A DNA stretch of 64,000 bases from Mobula hypostoma (lineage: Eukaryota): the NCBI RefSeq assembly GCF_963921235.1, contig NC_086097.1, forward strand, positions 80,602,001-80,666,000, in the 5' to 3' direction. Below, one piece after another: positions 1 through 12,924 of this stretch. Numbering within the stretch: position 1 is the first letter of the stretch; each line of letters starts with the position of its first letter. The position numbers and the translations under genes are program-made. The notes under the pieces were generated by a model, which was given only the letters and a program-made list of their open reading frames with translations, had not been told where the DNA came from and did not search any database.

Positions 1-422
1 TTTAAACAGGACATCTTATATCAAGATTGTATCAAGGTGACCATGGTGGTACTCCCGCCTTCTCCATTTCCACCTCAAATTATGAACACGGAATAATGCT
101 GTATTCAGGCATAGCTAACAAGTAATTAAACTAGGTCATTTATTTTGCAGTTCATGTTTTGGAAATGTTGTTGAGAGTGCCACAAAATGACCAGGATGCA
201 ATTTAATATTGATACATCTTGGACAAAAAGCACTTCAAAATTGATATCTTTGTCAGAGTGGCAGTTAAATTATTAAGGTAAACTGAAGATAGTAAAGCTA
301 AGCATCAAGGAAAGACTCTCCCACCAATTGTTGCACATAGTCACTTAGATCCATTGTGACTAAATTTTATATACAGTACTGTGCAAAAGTCTTAGGCACC
401 TAGATTATTTATATGGTTTCAC

Positions 423-638
423 ATGGTATGGCCTCCAAAGAGCCCTGATCTCAACATTATTGAGGCTGTCTGGGATTACCTGGAGAGAAAGAAGCAAGTA
501 ACACAGCTAAAGTCTTCAGAAGAACAGTGGCAAGTTCTCCAAGACCTACAAGCTGATTTTCTTATAAAACTGCATGGCAGTGTACCTAAAAGAATTGATG
601 CAGTTTCAAAAGCAAAGGGTAGTCACACCAAATATTGA
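423..638 (+). pseudogene. Tc1 transposase C-terminal fragment
   Basis: ORF contains WPPKSPDLNIIEAVWDYL, the Tc1 WPxxSPDLNPIE motif carrying the catalytic E, and ends AKGSHTKY as Tc1 transposases typically do. Confidence 0.9.
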
Positions 639-736
639 TTTGATTTAGAAATTTACTGTTTACTGCTCTTCATAGTAATTTTTTAGATACTTAGGGACTT
701 CTAATTTCATTATTTTTGAACGTATATTTGCTTTAC

Positions 737-830
737 TGAGCAACACACACAAAATACCAAAGGAACTCAGCAGGTCAGGCAGCATCAATGGAAATAAATT
801 AGCAGCTGACGTTTCGGGCTGAGACATTTC
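737..830 (-). mobile_element. Penelope-like element 3'-terminal (pLTR) fragment inserted into the Tc1 derivative
   Basis: Reverse complement resembles the PLE 3' end at about 26910-27000 (CAACACACACAAAA...GGAACTCAGCAGGTCAGGCAGCATC...GACGTTTCGGGCTGAGAC); possible TTAC duplication at 733-736 and 831-834. Confidence 0.75.
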
Positions 831-1999
831 TTACAGAATTTTTTTTACATACGCCCAAGACTTTTGCACAGTACTGTATAATATGCCACTGTGTTGTATT
901 TATAGCCTGGTAAGTGAATGCAAACTACTTAAAAATTAAATGCGATGAGAAAATTCATAAAGAGGAAACCACAGAGGTTCATTTTACTTTGTAGTTTCTT
1001 TTGAACTCTGCTGTTATATTTCTTTTCCCCATTATTAATTACATCTACTTGGGGCTGGATTTGACAAGTAAGTCAAGGACAATATGTTAATTCCGAAAAT
1101 TCAGCAAGATCATCTGCCATCCACAGAATTGCTGGTGAAGCAGTATTAGTTACACTTAATTTAGCGGTGCAGTGATTTAACAAAGCAGCACTTCAAAAAT
1201 TCTTTAAAGCCCTTGAATTCTCTTGTCTTTGGACCTGCATCATCAAGATACCTTAGAGGTACTTCCAACCCCGGGGCAGGGGAAATGGTTTGCTTCTCAA
1301 CAGTTCTAAAAAATTCTAAAGTTGTCATCAGGACTGTCTTTTTTCCTCTCCCCACTACTTCTCCCCCCCCCCTCCCCATGCCTCTCTTCGCATTTTAACA
1401 TTTTTATATTAAAAGCATGTCCAGGATTTTTTAAAATGTAATGTCAACAATGGACAGCAACTTCATGTTTATTGCACAAACATGGAAGTTATGAGGTAGA
1501 TGTTCTTCACTAGAAATTGTTCAACTACAATGCAGCCTTGGACTGCTGGATCTGAAAACCCCATGCTATTATTCCTGCCTTTCTATTTCTAATGGCAATT
1601 ATTTCTTTTTATGATCTTGCCCTCTTGGACTTGAACTCTGGCAGATTTGCTACTTCTCTCCTTTGCTCTGTTCATGGCTATGCTTTCAGCTACTGGGATT
1701 ATGTATGGCAGAGCACCCTATATGGGTTCTTCGTGCTCTCTTTCTGCAGGCACCTCCACAAACCTGTACCTTTGGACTTTGGAACCAATGGTTAATTAGC
1801 AATAGTTTTGATTCTGCTTTTATGAAGCAACAAAACTAAACCACCAAACCTTCACTGTGAATATTGCTAATCCTTCAATCATACAACCTTACTAAGAGCT
1901 ACAACACAACTTAATAAGGTCATCCTGATTGGTCGGAGTATATAGCTATCACCTTCAGAATCCTCCCAGAACCTGTCCTTTGCCTATCCTCGAAATTGC

Positions 2000-2500
2000 T
2001 TCAAAGTTCAATAAATTTATTATCAAAGTATGCACATGTCACCATATACTATCATGCAATTCATTTTCTTGCGGGCATTCACAGTAGAACAAAGAAATAT
2101 AATAGAATCATGAAAATCTACACACAAAGACTGGCAACCACCAATGCGCAAAAGAAGACAAACTGTGCCACTACAAAAAAAACAACAAAAAATAGTAAAC
2201 AAATAATACTGTGAACATGAGCTATGGAGCACTTGAAAGTGAGTCCACAGGTTGTGGAATCAGTTCAGTGTTGAGATGTGTGAAGTTATCCATGCTGGTT
2301 CAAGAACCTGATGGTTGAAGAGTAATAGCTCTTCCTGAACCTGGTGGTGTGGGATCTAAGGCTCCTGTACCTCTTCCCCAATGGTAAGAGCAAGACGAGA
2401 GCATGGCCTGGATGGTAGGTGGAGGGGGCTGGGGTTCCTTGATGGTGGATGCTGCCTTCTGGTTTGGAAGCTGTCTAACAATGGCATCATTTACAGAGAC
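2000..2500 (-). mobile_element. Decayed LINE 3' end (Rex1/L2-type)
   Basis: Reverse complement resembles the 3' part of the LINE at 21430-23232 (GAACCTGATGGTTGAAG...TTCCTGAACCTGGTGGTGTGGGATC; (TTGAAC)-type tail). Confidence 0.55.
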
Positions 2501-3844
2501 TTTGTTGACTTCTACATGTGTACTATTAATGTTCAATTCTGTCTCGAGGTCAGACTCCCCATCTCATTTCAAATCAATTGAGAAGTCAAACTATATGGAC
2601 CCTCAAAATTTATTTTCACCCAGTTACCCTAACACCACATTTTATTCCCTGGGGCCATGCTCAGCTTGCTTGTGGGATTGAATTATGTTCTCATCATCAT
2701 TATGGATTAGTCTATTTATTTTAAATCACTTACCATTGGCGATAAACAAAAAACTTAGACTATCCCACTGATCCTCTTATTAGACACCTTTCTAGAATCC
2801 TTTCTCAATAACTTGAAATAATTCTGTTAATAGCCATTACATTCCTTCCAATCTCTAACCCACCCTATGCATCCAATTAGTTGCAACACCTTCTGGACCT
2901 CGTTAGCTTAATTCTTCCAGAAGATGACCTCAAGTACATTTAGTGTTTGAATGAAAATTAAAGTTCCTTTGCTGTACTTGTCTGCCATGCTAGATATCAT
3001 ATTTGGCGCAGTCTATTATTTTGTTTTCTTCCAGATTTTGTTTTATAAAACTCAAATTATAATTTCAGAAACATGCGATGATTTTTAAAAAAATTTGACA
3101 CACAGATATATAAGAAGAATCCTGAGAAGAGATACAAGTTTCTGAGGTTTAGCTAATAAAAGTTATAAGCAAAATAGGTTAATTTTGCTGCTCTGACAGA
3201 TAAAGCCAGCCTTGATTCTTACCTTGAAGTAATTTTAAAGTGCATCTACTACACAAACAACTGTCCCTTGGGGGCTGTCTGATTTCATATCTGAAATGCA
3301 TTTTAAATGCTGTCATTTTCTGTCCCAAGTCATTATACATACAGAGGTGATGGTGTTGTTTCTCTCAGCATGAAGAACTTTATTTTTAAAATGCTGAGAA
3401 TAGTACAACAATGTTCACCTGACAAGAACTGAATGCAATTTGACATCACCAACAATTTATCTGTTTAATAAGCAGAGAAGCAAAACAAAAACACCTGAAT
3501 TTTTATACATAATCGCTCTTGAAGTGACAGGTTGTTTTTTCGTGGTTTATTTTTCAAGTACTGGCTAATTTATTTTCTGATGACACTTATTTATTGTTCA
3601 CACCTCATATCCCACAAGAAGATGGTGGTGAGTGGCTGCCTTGAACAGCTGTAGTCCTGGTGAAGCTGCTTCCATGGTTTTATTGGGGGTTGAGTTCCGG
3701 GATTTAGTCCATCGGATGACGAAGGATCAGCAATAATACTTCTAAGTCAGAACTCAGAGGGAGGCATGCAGGTACTTGAGTGTGCATCTTGGTGATAGAC
3801 ATCACAGGTTTGAGAAGGGCTGTTGGAGTAGTCTGGTTTGGAGT

Positions 3845-4055
3845 AGGAGGGTAACGCAATGGGAAAAATGCATATAATTCACAACCACCAACACTGAGTT
3901 GGGGTTTCACTTTAAGAGGCCGGTCTGACGTGATGATGTTAATAGATAAAGGTTTTCAGTGTGCTTTTGTGCTTAGGTTTTGGAGTTCAATAGAAATGTG
4001 CTGCGGGTTTCATTGAACATAAAACACCTCACTTTGTTTTACTTGTGGAAACTCT
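3845..4055 (+). repeat. 5' LTR of the Gypsy element
   Basis: Aligns with 6629-6839 (e.g. GTTTCACTTTAAGRGGCYGGTCTGACGTGATGATGTT, TTAGGTTTTGGAGTTCAA); termini degraded. Confidence 0.85.
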
Positions 4056-6628
4056 TGGACAATTCCAGAGTTATTGAACATGTCAGCCTACGCAGTCTCT
4101 TTGAAACTGATGGAGTTTTGGGGGCAAAATTCCATCAGTTAGCTTATACAAGCTTCTCATCAATAGGCGATGCTGGCAGCACACTCACTTGAGCATCCGT
4201 GTCGCCCAGGTAATGTTGCCCTGAAAGGCGTCTGTAATGAACAGAAGATGTCCCTGATCCCTAAATCTGATGGTGGTTGCTGACCACGTGCTGATTACCA
4301 ACATCTTAACAGGCCACCAGTCCCACACATCCAGGACTTTTCCGTACATTTACCCGGAAAGTTAACTGTTTTCCAGAGTTAAGGGCTACCTACAGGTGCC
4401 TGTGTGCCCCGAGAACATTCCCAGAATGGTTATGATAACCGTGTTTGGCCGAGTTTCTGCGCATGTATTTGGGCTGAAAAATGCAGCACAGACTTTCCAA
4501 TGGCTAATGGATCCCATATTAAAAGACATGGTTTTTTCTTTTTTTCACCTGGATGACATACTTGTCACCAGTGCATCCAAATCTGAACACGAGCCTCATC
4601 TCTGCACACTTTTTGAGTGCTTAAGCCAACACGGATTGACTATTAACCCTGCTAAATGACAGTTTGGTTTGTCAACCATTGACTATCTCGGCCATTGCAG
4701 CTATGCCGAAAGCGTGAAACTCTTTGCATTAAAAGTAGCTGCCATTATGGATTTCCCACCACCCTGCATCACAAAAAACTACAGGAGTTTTTAGGTATGG
4801 AAAATTTTTATCACCATGATTTTGCTGAATTTATGCTCCCCCTGTATAGTGTGCTTAAAGGCAACACCCCTAATCATGTGCTTGACTGGTCAGTGGACAT
4901 GACCAGGGCATTTAATGATACCAAACAAGACCCTACTGGCGCCCCCACTCCCCAACGCACCTATAGGCAAAACTACTAACATCTCAGACTATGCTATGGG
5001 TGCTGTGCATGAACAATTGGTTGGAGACTTGTGGTAGCTGCTTGCCTTCTTCAGCCGGCAGCTCCATCCCCCCCAAAAGGAATTACGGCATGTTTGATCG
5101 CGAGCTTCTCTGTCTCTCTCTGGCTGTCCACCATTTTCTTTTTCTTCCAGAGGGTCGCCATTTCACAACGTTCGTTGACCACAAACCCTTCATGCACATG
5201 ATGGCCACAATATCAGGCCCTTGGTCTGCATGGCAGTAACGCCAATTGGCCTACATATCTGAGTTCATAATGGATATACAATATATCAAGGGGGAAAACA
5301 ATGCCGTGGCCGATTGCCTCTCATAGCCAGCCATTGAGGCTGTACACATAGGGGTTAACTATGCCGGTATGGCAGCTGACCAAGTTACTGAATCAGAGAT
5401 TCAGGCTTACCGAACAGCAGTCATGAACCAGCAGCTGGTTAACATTAAATCCGGGGCAGTTGGGGCTTTTCTCCCGTGTGATGTCTCAACCAGTTGCTCT
5501 TTCCCCATCGTGCCCACATACTGGAGATGGATTGTTTTCAACTCCATACATGGCCTCCCGCATGCAGGCCAGAAGGCCTTACAGAAACTGGTTGCACCAA
5601 AGTTTGTTTGGCAAGGCCTCAGAAAGGACATACATGATCGAACTGCAGCCTCTGCGGAGTGCCTGCTGGCAAAAATTAACCGTCATGTACAGATGCCACT
5701 GGCACCTTATGAGGTCCCTGAGCGACGGTTTGACCATGTCAATGTGGACCTTGTTGGCCCTCTTCGCTCCTCCCACAGTTTCACACACCATCTTACCATG
5801 GTGCACTGTACCACCAGGTGGCCAGAGGTCATCCCTCTAGCATCAATGACGTCCACAGACGTGACTCAGGCACTTATTTGTAGCTGGTATTTCCTCTGAC
5901 TGCAGTTCCCAATTCATTTCAGACCTCTGGGCTGTGATGGCCCAGAACTTCGGTGTTAGGCTACATCACACCAAAGCGTATCAACCCCGGTACAATGGCC
6001 TCTGCGAGCGGTTTCACCACTCAAAGGCTGCTCTGAGGGCTTCCTTGACGGACCAGTGTTGGCATGATCATCTCCCATGGGTCCTGCTGGGGCTCAGAAT
6101 TGCTCCTAAAGAGAACCTGCAGTTGTCCGTGGCAGAGTTGGTACACGGGCAGCAATTACGAGTGCCAGGGATTTCATTCCTGATGCCATGACCACCTGGT
6201 TGGCCTCTCAACAGTGTTCCACCTTCCTCAGTAAATTCAACTCCTTTTCACCTATTCCTACCTCCCATCAATGTGAACAGTACTCTTGGGTACCTGTTGA
6301 CCTACATTCTGCTTTGTTTGTTTTCATCTGCCATGATGCACACCAATATCCCCTTAGGAACCCTTGCAATGGCCTGTTTCTTGTTTTGGAATGGAGAGAA
6401 AAGACTTTTTTATCATAGGTAAGAGGGGTAAACCTGAACATTATTTCCAGTAGATTGCTTTAAGCTGGCCCACCAAGATTCAGAGTATTCCACTGCCATG
6501 CCCCTGGCATCACAACATGACCATGAGTGTGTCAACACACCACTGGACAAGCTAGAGGCACTGGCTGTTCCTCCACCCATGGAACACAGGCTCACAATGC
6601 TAGTTATAGTGAATTCTGAGGGGGCCCG

Positions 6629-6839
6629 TGTAGGGTAATGTAATTGGGATAAATGTACATAATTCACAATCACTGACATTGAGTTGGAGTTTCACTTTAA
6701 GGGGCTGGTCTGACGTGATGATGTTGTTACGTAGAGATTTTTAGCATGCTTTTGTGTTTAGGTTTTGGAGTTCAACAAAATGTGCGATGAGTTTCATTAA
6801 ACAAAACGTCTCACTTCATTTCATTTGTGAAAACCTACA
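6629..6839 (+). repeat. 3' LTR of the Gypsy element
   Basis: TGTAGG...CCTACA inverted termini, immediately after GAATTCTGAGGGGGCCCG (PPT-like). Confidence 0.9.
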
Positions 6840-7202
6840 GGTGAGTTGCTGCTGTTGGTACTGTACCTTGTGCATGGTGTTGGGATACTAACAAAGTGGG
6901 CTGCTTTGCTTTGAGGATGTCAAACTTCATGAGAATTGTAAAAACTATACTTGCCCAAACAAGTGGAGAATATCGATCATTCGTATGAACGTGTGCCTTA
7001 CGCATTGTGGAAAGTCACTTACCACATGAAACCCAGCTTCAGACCAGTTCTTGTAGCTATGGTATTTATGTGGCTTTATATTATTCAAGTTTCCTTCTCC
7101 TGTTAGCTGCTTCATGGACCACCAGCCTTTCACAACCTCCTATTCTACTCTGCTCTACTCCCTGTACGCTCACAACTGCATGGCCAGATTCTGCTCTAAC
7201 TC

Positions 7203-7423
7203 CATAGAGTAACAGAGTCATCTAATACTACAGCACAGAAACAGGCCCTTCAGCCCATCTAGTCCATGCTGAACTATTAATTTGCCTACTTCCGTTGACG
7301 TGCACCCAGACCATAGCCCTCCATACCCTTCCAATCTGTGTACCTATCCAAATTTCTCTACAATGTTAAAATTGAACTCATATCTACCACTTCCACTGGC
7401 AGCTTGTTCGACACTCTCACTAC
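7203..7423 (-). mobile_element. CR1-type LINE 3' end (left part; continues at 12173-12505)
   Basis: CATAGAG...CAGCACAGAAACAGGCCCTTCAGCCCA tail as in other CR1 copies; CACTCTCACTAC joins seamlessly to ACCACCCTCTGAGTGAAGAAG at 12173. Confidence 0.8.
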
Positions 7424-10400
7424 TGTTCTGCTCACTCACCTATTACTAACCGATAAGACCCTGGGCCAAGAGACAGAACAAAGCCAGAACACAAAATAAA
7501 CCTTTATTCAGTAAAACCACGCAGCCAAATAAAAACTTACCAGTGCATCTGGAGCACGACTATTTAAATGGTTGACTAAGAACATTCGAGACATGTTAGC
7601 GACAGTGACCAATCAGAGAAAATCAGGACTGGGATTGGTTGTCAGTTGACCAATAGGCATTGACTGTGCACTTGACCATCTGCTGTCTCAGATGTTGGAT
7701 GCTGTGATGCACCGCATCAAACAATGTGCACAGTTTCCTTCCCTCAAGACCTGGAGGTGGAGCAGAAATAGGTTGAGAGCCTTAGCCGATGCTCCTTCTT
7801 CTCTTGATTTCAGAAGCGACCGTCTGAAAGTATTGAAATGCCTTTCTGCCTGGCTGTTGGACTGTAGATGATACACGGATGAGTGGATAATTCCACTGTT
7901 CTGGAAGAATGTAGCAAAGTAATTCTGGCCATTTGGAATAAGTGTCAAGCAGGATGAGATAGATGTACCCATTGATTGGGCCAGCAAGGTCAATACGTAC
8001 TCAATTCCAAGGTCTGGTAGCCTGAGGCTCTACTTGGATTCTTTGCTGCCATACAGCACTGAGTTCACTGCTTGCATATGGATGTGATGTCTTCATCTAT
8101 GCCTGGTGTTAGGGAAATAAATTTGCTAAGAAAATTTGCTTAAAGTCGGTTGCTAATAAATTGGGCACGGATTTTGAAGTGACTAGAGAATACCTTTATT
8201 CATGAATATGGGAAGAATGACTCACTAAATGATCATCCAGTCTTCCAAAGAACAATAGTCATAGCCTTTTTATACTGTACATGCACACAGAAAGTAAATT
8301 CCCTCAGTCAGTTAAAAAAGTCAATCGTCTGTGTTTTATCAATTCCCACGAAAATGTCAGACAGTCTCTTTTCTGCCCACAACACACAGAGCTAGGTTGT
8401 CAGAACATCCTTGAAACTAAGATAGATTATTGCAAGCATCCTGAGAACCCAGGCTGAATGGTGTGTCTTTATTTATGATATAACGAAGGTTCATTAAATC
8501 CTGAGATCCAGTAAGTCACTGAAGTACAGAAGTATAATTTGTTTTTATATGTTACTACCAAACAGGTGAAGGAAAACCATATACACTGTTTAATTGTCAG
8601 AAACTTGACAGCCCACAGGGTGCAACCTACAATTTACAACCTTCACTGACTCCATCTTGTTTACACTGCTGTGTTATGCACTAAGATCAGCACTAGGCAT
8701 ATTGTTAATTAAAGGAAGGTGCAGGATGTTACAACTCAGATATTTTGACTTTTTATTCAGAATTTTCTTCCACAATTAAGTCATGTAGCCTTGTGGTGTA
8801 CAGCAGTAGGCTAAAGAGCAGCACCACAATTCTCTGCTGATCTAGGCATTAAGCAATATAGACATGCAATTCTATAGTCTCGCAAAGGTACTTATCCGAC
8901 CCAGTTGGCCAAAATCCTCCACACCTGGCTAGTGCACAAAACTTCTTTCCAGGCCCTTCATTCAATTGGCTCCTGGGTGACCACAGTGGAATTGTTTCAG
9001 TACTTTTGGTTGAAGTGCTTGTGGAATCACTATTCTTTCTCTAAACATTAGGCAGGAGTCTACAGTTGAGAGCAAAGTCGGTAGAAGGGTACGACATCTT
9101 CCTCAACTTTGTCTGGTCATCCATCAATGAGGTATCTGGAGATACACTGATGAAGTCGATCTGCAGTCTTTTCTGCTCAGATCTGGACTGGAAGATCTTC
9201 AGCAGAATCCAAAACAACCCGGTGGACTTCCCAGTCAACTGAAACCGCAGCCATGACTCTATCTTCATTTTCTGTAAACTACTGATTCATAACTCTGGAG
9301 AGGACATTTACCTGATCAAGTTCATGGGTTGATGTGTACTTGATTTCAAAAACATAGGCTAATAGCATCAGTACCCACCGTTATAGGTGGTTAGCTGTAT
9401 ACACCTGGATGCCCATCTTAGGACCGAAGATGAACAACAGTGGCTTGTGATCAGTAAGGAGGGTGAAACATCTGCTATAAAGCGTTTTGCTCACAGAATT
9501 TCTTCACATCAAAGATGATTCCCAAAGTTTCCTTCTCAATTTGTCCATAGTTCCTTTCTGCTGTGGTCAATGATCTGGCTGCATACATGACAGCTTTTTT
9601 AGAACCACCAGTGAAGATATAGGATATGACAGCACCCACCGCATAGTTGGATCCATCTGTCGCAATGATGATTGGAAGTTCTGGGTTGAAGTGCGTCAAG
9701 AGAAGGCTGGACAATGGCATGTTTTTCACCTGATCAAAAGCCTCTTGGCATTGTTTGGACAATTTCCTCGTGGCATCTTTGTTGTGCAGAGCATTGAACA
9801 TCTCCCTCTGCTGGTGTGTAGCTGGGAGGAATGCTGAATAATGACTGATCATGCCCAAAAATGATTGTAAGGGTCTGACATCTGACGGAGGTAACATTTA
9901 AACAGTGATGCTTTGGGGATCTGGCCGATGACCGTGCTCAATCCCAGATACTTGATTGAAGACATCAAGAGGCTGCATTTTTGTGCACAAAATCAGAGTC
10001 CAAAGTCTTGTAGTTGGTTCAAAACATGGTCTGGGAATTGGCATAGTTCTGTCTGATCCATACCCATCACAATGGTGTGAGGGAGGTAAGCGACAACGCC
10101 ATCAAAACTACTCCACCTGGTATCCATAGGCAGTTGAAAAATTGAAGGTGCTGCCTTTCCTCCGAAAGACAGACAGAGGAAGGAAAACAACCCTTTATGT
10201 GTTGTAATGGTGAGAAGCTCCTGTGAATTTTCTGCCACTTCTACCTGGACGTAGGCTTCAGCCAAGTCCAACTTTGCAAAGTAGTGACCACTGTTCAATT
10301 TTGCAAAGAGATCTGCAGATACCAGTAATGGGTACTGGTGTGTCTCCAGAGCTGCAATGAGAGCAGATGAGAAATCTGCACAGAACCTCACTGGCTTTCT

Positions 10401-12172
10401 TGATGGTGACTGCTTGAGCTGCCCAATGTGAGCAGTTGACAGCTTTGATCACACCAGTTTGTTGCAGGTGATCTAGTTCTTGCTCCATGATAGGTAAGGC
10501 TGCACATGGTACCAGTCTTCTGCATCGGAAGACTGGCTTTGTGTCTGAATGGAGACGGAGTTCTGCTTGCAGTTTGATGTGATGACCTAATCCATCTTGA
10601 CACAATGCTGCATAATGCCATAGCAGTTACTTTTGTATGACCTCAGATATGATGGTGGTATGGCGTTGACTGACATGATTTGAACAGCCGACGTGTTCGT
10701 ACAGAGATCAAGCTTACCTGTCCAGAAAATGCTAAGGACATTCAGATCTGGCTGGTCTGTTAGGTAACACACGCTGTTGACTTTGTAACCATTCAAATTC
10801 ACCACACAGTGCAGTTCGCCAATCAGCCGGAGGGTTCCACCCGGTGCACTGCAGTGGAAGTGATGAGTTGATTTGACTGATGGGGACCCAAGTGCCCATC
10901 ACATGCGTTTGGAGATCATGGTGATGACTGATATATCGAGCTGTAGCTTCATCAACTGATTGTTGATGTAGCATTTCCTGTGGTGAAGTCAACTTCGATA
11001 GTGACCGTTAAACTCCTTGCAGATTTTGTTGGCTTTTGAAACTTCTTGCCCTTGTGATTCACTGGCTTGGAAGACAGTGAAGGATGGCAAAAGCCTTCTT
11101 TGTGACCACTTCATTGGCATTTGGAGCAAATATGTTTCTTATGTTGGCATTTGCTTGTGGAATGCCATGCACCACAGTTCCATCAAGCTGTGATTGGCCA
11201 CTAGGAGACCTGCTGAGTGACCATGCCTGTACCACTGGAATCTGCATTAACATGGTTCTGTTTCACCAGGTTTGAATCCTGTTTCAAATTGATCAAACAC
11301 TGACATTCTTGAGTGACGGCTTATAGAGTCATATCAGGGTCTTGCTCCTGTATGGCCAGGAGCCATTTGCAAATGTCTGCATCACCAATCCAAAAGTGAA
11401 AATCAGACGGTTGTGTGACTGTGATTCAGTACTGTTACCAGCTTAAACTTTTCACATTTGTGATTGAGGGCATTGGCATATATGATGAAGTCATCAGCAT
11501 CATGTAAGGTAGAGAACACTGAAGAGATTTGACTGCTCTCCAAAAATGCTTGTTAACTGTAGGACAGTTTTGTCAACCATTAGGCAGGATAAAGTTGAAG
11601 TTTTCAGCAGTTCCCAACTTACAGGTCAGGGTTGTCTTTACTGGAAAACCTGACCCTGAGAATACCTTCATAGCATTTGAACCAGGATTCAAATATAACT
11701 CCCGAAGTGACATCAAACTGGAAGTTGGCAATGGAAGCAACAGCTGACACACATGAGTTCTGTTGAGTGTTTGACACAGATGTCATTGGACTCACTGATA
11801 ATCTGCTGGTCAAGGTTTCAATTAACTTCAGATGGACCTCTTCAAATTGAGCTTATTGTTGTTGTAGGATTACATATAAGTCTTCCGCTGAAATTTGCCA
11901 TGTTGATATAATATAGCACTTTGTTGCCAATTTGTTTTGCTTGTTTCCCTATAATTACTGATAGAACCCTAAGCCAGGAATAGAACAAAGCTGGAACAGG
12001 AGAGAAACCGTTATTCAATAAAACCACACAGCCAAAAACTCAACAGTGCATCCAGAGCATGACTATCTAAATGGCTTACCAATAATATTTAAGACACCAT
12101 TAAGAACAATGAACAATCAGTGAAAGTTAGCGTGGGATTAGTTGTCAGCTGTCCAGTCGGCTCACCATAACA
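7424..12172 (-). mobile_element. Gypsy/Ty3 LTR retrotransposon (K02A2.6/Mag-like), decayed
   Basis: TGTT...AACA termini; diverged direct repeats 7424-~7659 and 11933-12172; TSD ACTAC/ACCAC; PBS-like TGGCAACAAAG just inside the minus-strand 5' LTR; minus-strand gag, RT (FAKLDLAEAYVQV), RNase H (ATDGSNYAVGAVI, NYGQIEKE) and integrase (YHLQSNSQAER) fragments. Confidence 0.92.
8107..8923. mobile_element. Solo-LTR-like insertion (817 bp) inside the Gypsy integrase
   Basis: TG...CA termini with perfect 5-bp TSD CCTGG (8102-8106, 8924-8928). Removing it restores the host integrase Zn-domain stretch FVH*PGIDEDI (cf. YVWWPGIDxDI) on the minus strand. No coding remnant recognised. Confidence 0.8.
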
Positions 12173-12505
12173 ACCACCCTCTGAGTGAAGAAGTTCCCCC
12201 TTAAACATTTTCACATATCAGCCTAACCCATGACCTCTAGTCCTACTCAACCTCAGTGAAAAATGTCTGCTTGCACTTACCCTAAACACGAGAGATTCTG
12301 TAAATGCTTGATTACCCTATCTATATCCCCAATCATTTTGTATACCTCTATCAAATCTTCCCTCTTTCTCCTACACTCTAGCAAATAATGTTCTAATCTA
12401 TTCAACCTTTCCCTATAACTCAGGTCCTCGAATCCTGGCAACATCTTTGTAATTTTTCTTTTCACTCTTTCAATCTTATTGATATCATTTCTGTAGGTAG
12501 GTGAC
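12173..12505 (-). mobile_element. CR1-type LINE 3' region (right part)
   Basis: ORF 12277-12465 (TKMLPGFEDLSYRERLNRL...DLIEVYKMI) is CR1 ORF2 C-terminus. Confidence 0.85.
12285..12311 (-). mobile_element. 27-bp PLE terminal micro-insertion
   Basis: AACACGAGAGATTCTGTAAATGCTTGA resembles the reverse-complemented extreme PLE 3' end; flanked by 8-bp TSD TTACCCTA (12277-12284, 12312-12319). Confidence 0.65.
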
Positions 12506-12574
12506 TGTCAGGCTCACCTGCCTATCACTTTTCCTGTTATCCTTAGAGCCTTGCTTAATCTCATTGAGCCTTAT

Positions 12575-12924
12575 CAATTTTTATCTATGTACCATAGAAA
12601 GTGTCCTATCTGGATGCAAAATGGCTTGGTATGGCAACTGCTCTATATAGGATTGCATGAAGCTGCAGAGAGCTGTGGACATACCTCAGCACATCACAGA
12701 AACCACCCTCCCCTCCATGGACTCCACCTATGCTTCTTGGTGTCTCAATAAAGCAGCCAGCATAATCAGAAACTCCACTCACTCCATACATTCTCTCTTG
12801 TCCCCTGTGTGACACTGCACTTTCTTTGTAGTTGTTACACTTCATTCTATATCCTGCTGTTGTTTTACCTTGTTCTACCTCAATACACTGCACAATGATT
12901 TGATTTGTATGAACAGTATGCAAA
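12575..12924 (+). mobile_element. Rex1/L2-type LINE 3' relic
   Basis: GGCTTGGTATGGCAACTGCTC...GCTGCAGAGAGCTGTGGAC...AAAGCAGCCAGCATAATC matches the C-terminal region of similar relics in the window (e.g. 62395-62870). Confidence 0.6.

Larger units (their letters stand above)
374..876 (+). mobile_element. Tc1/mariner internal-deletion derivative (non-autonomous DNA transposon)
   Basis: TIRs CAGTACTGTGCAAAAGTCTTAGGC (374-397) and GCCCAAGACTTTTGCACAGTACTG (853-876) differ by one mismatch; TA flanks both sides (372-373, 877-878); a transposase C-terminal remnant lies inside. Confidence 0.93.
3845..6839 (+). mobile_element. Gypsy/Ty3 LTR retrotransposon, decayed and internally deleted
   Basis: Two diverged ~210-bp direct repeats (3845-~4055, 6629-6839); purine-rich tract before the 3' LTR; gag start (AVSLKLxEFW), RT (FGLKNAAQTFQ, HLDDIL), RNase H (FDRELL, VDHKP) and integrase (HVNVDLVGPL, TRWPEVIPL, NGLCERFH) in Gypsy order with many frameshifts. 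Confidence 0.92.
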
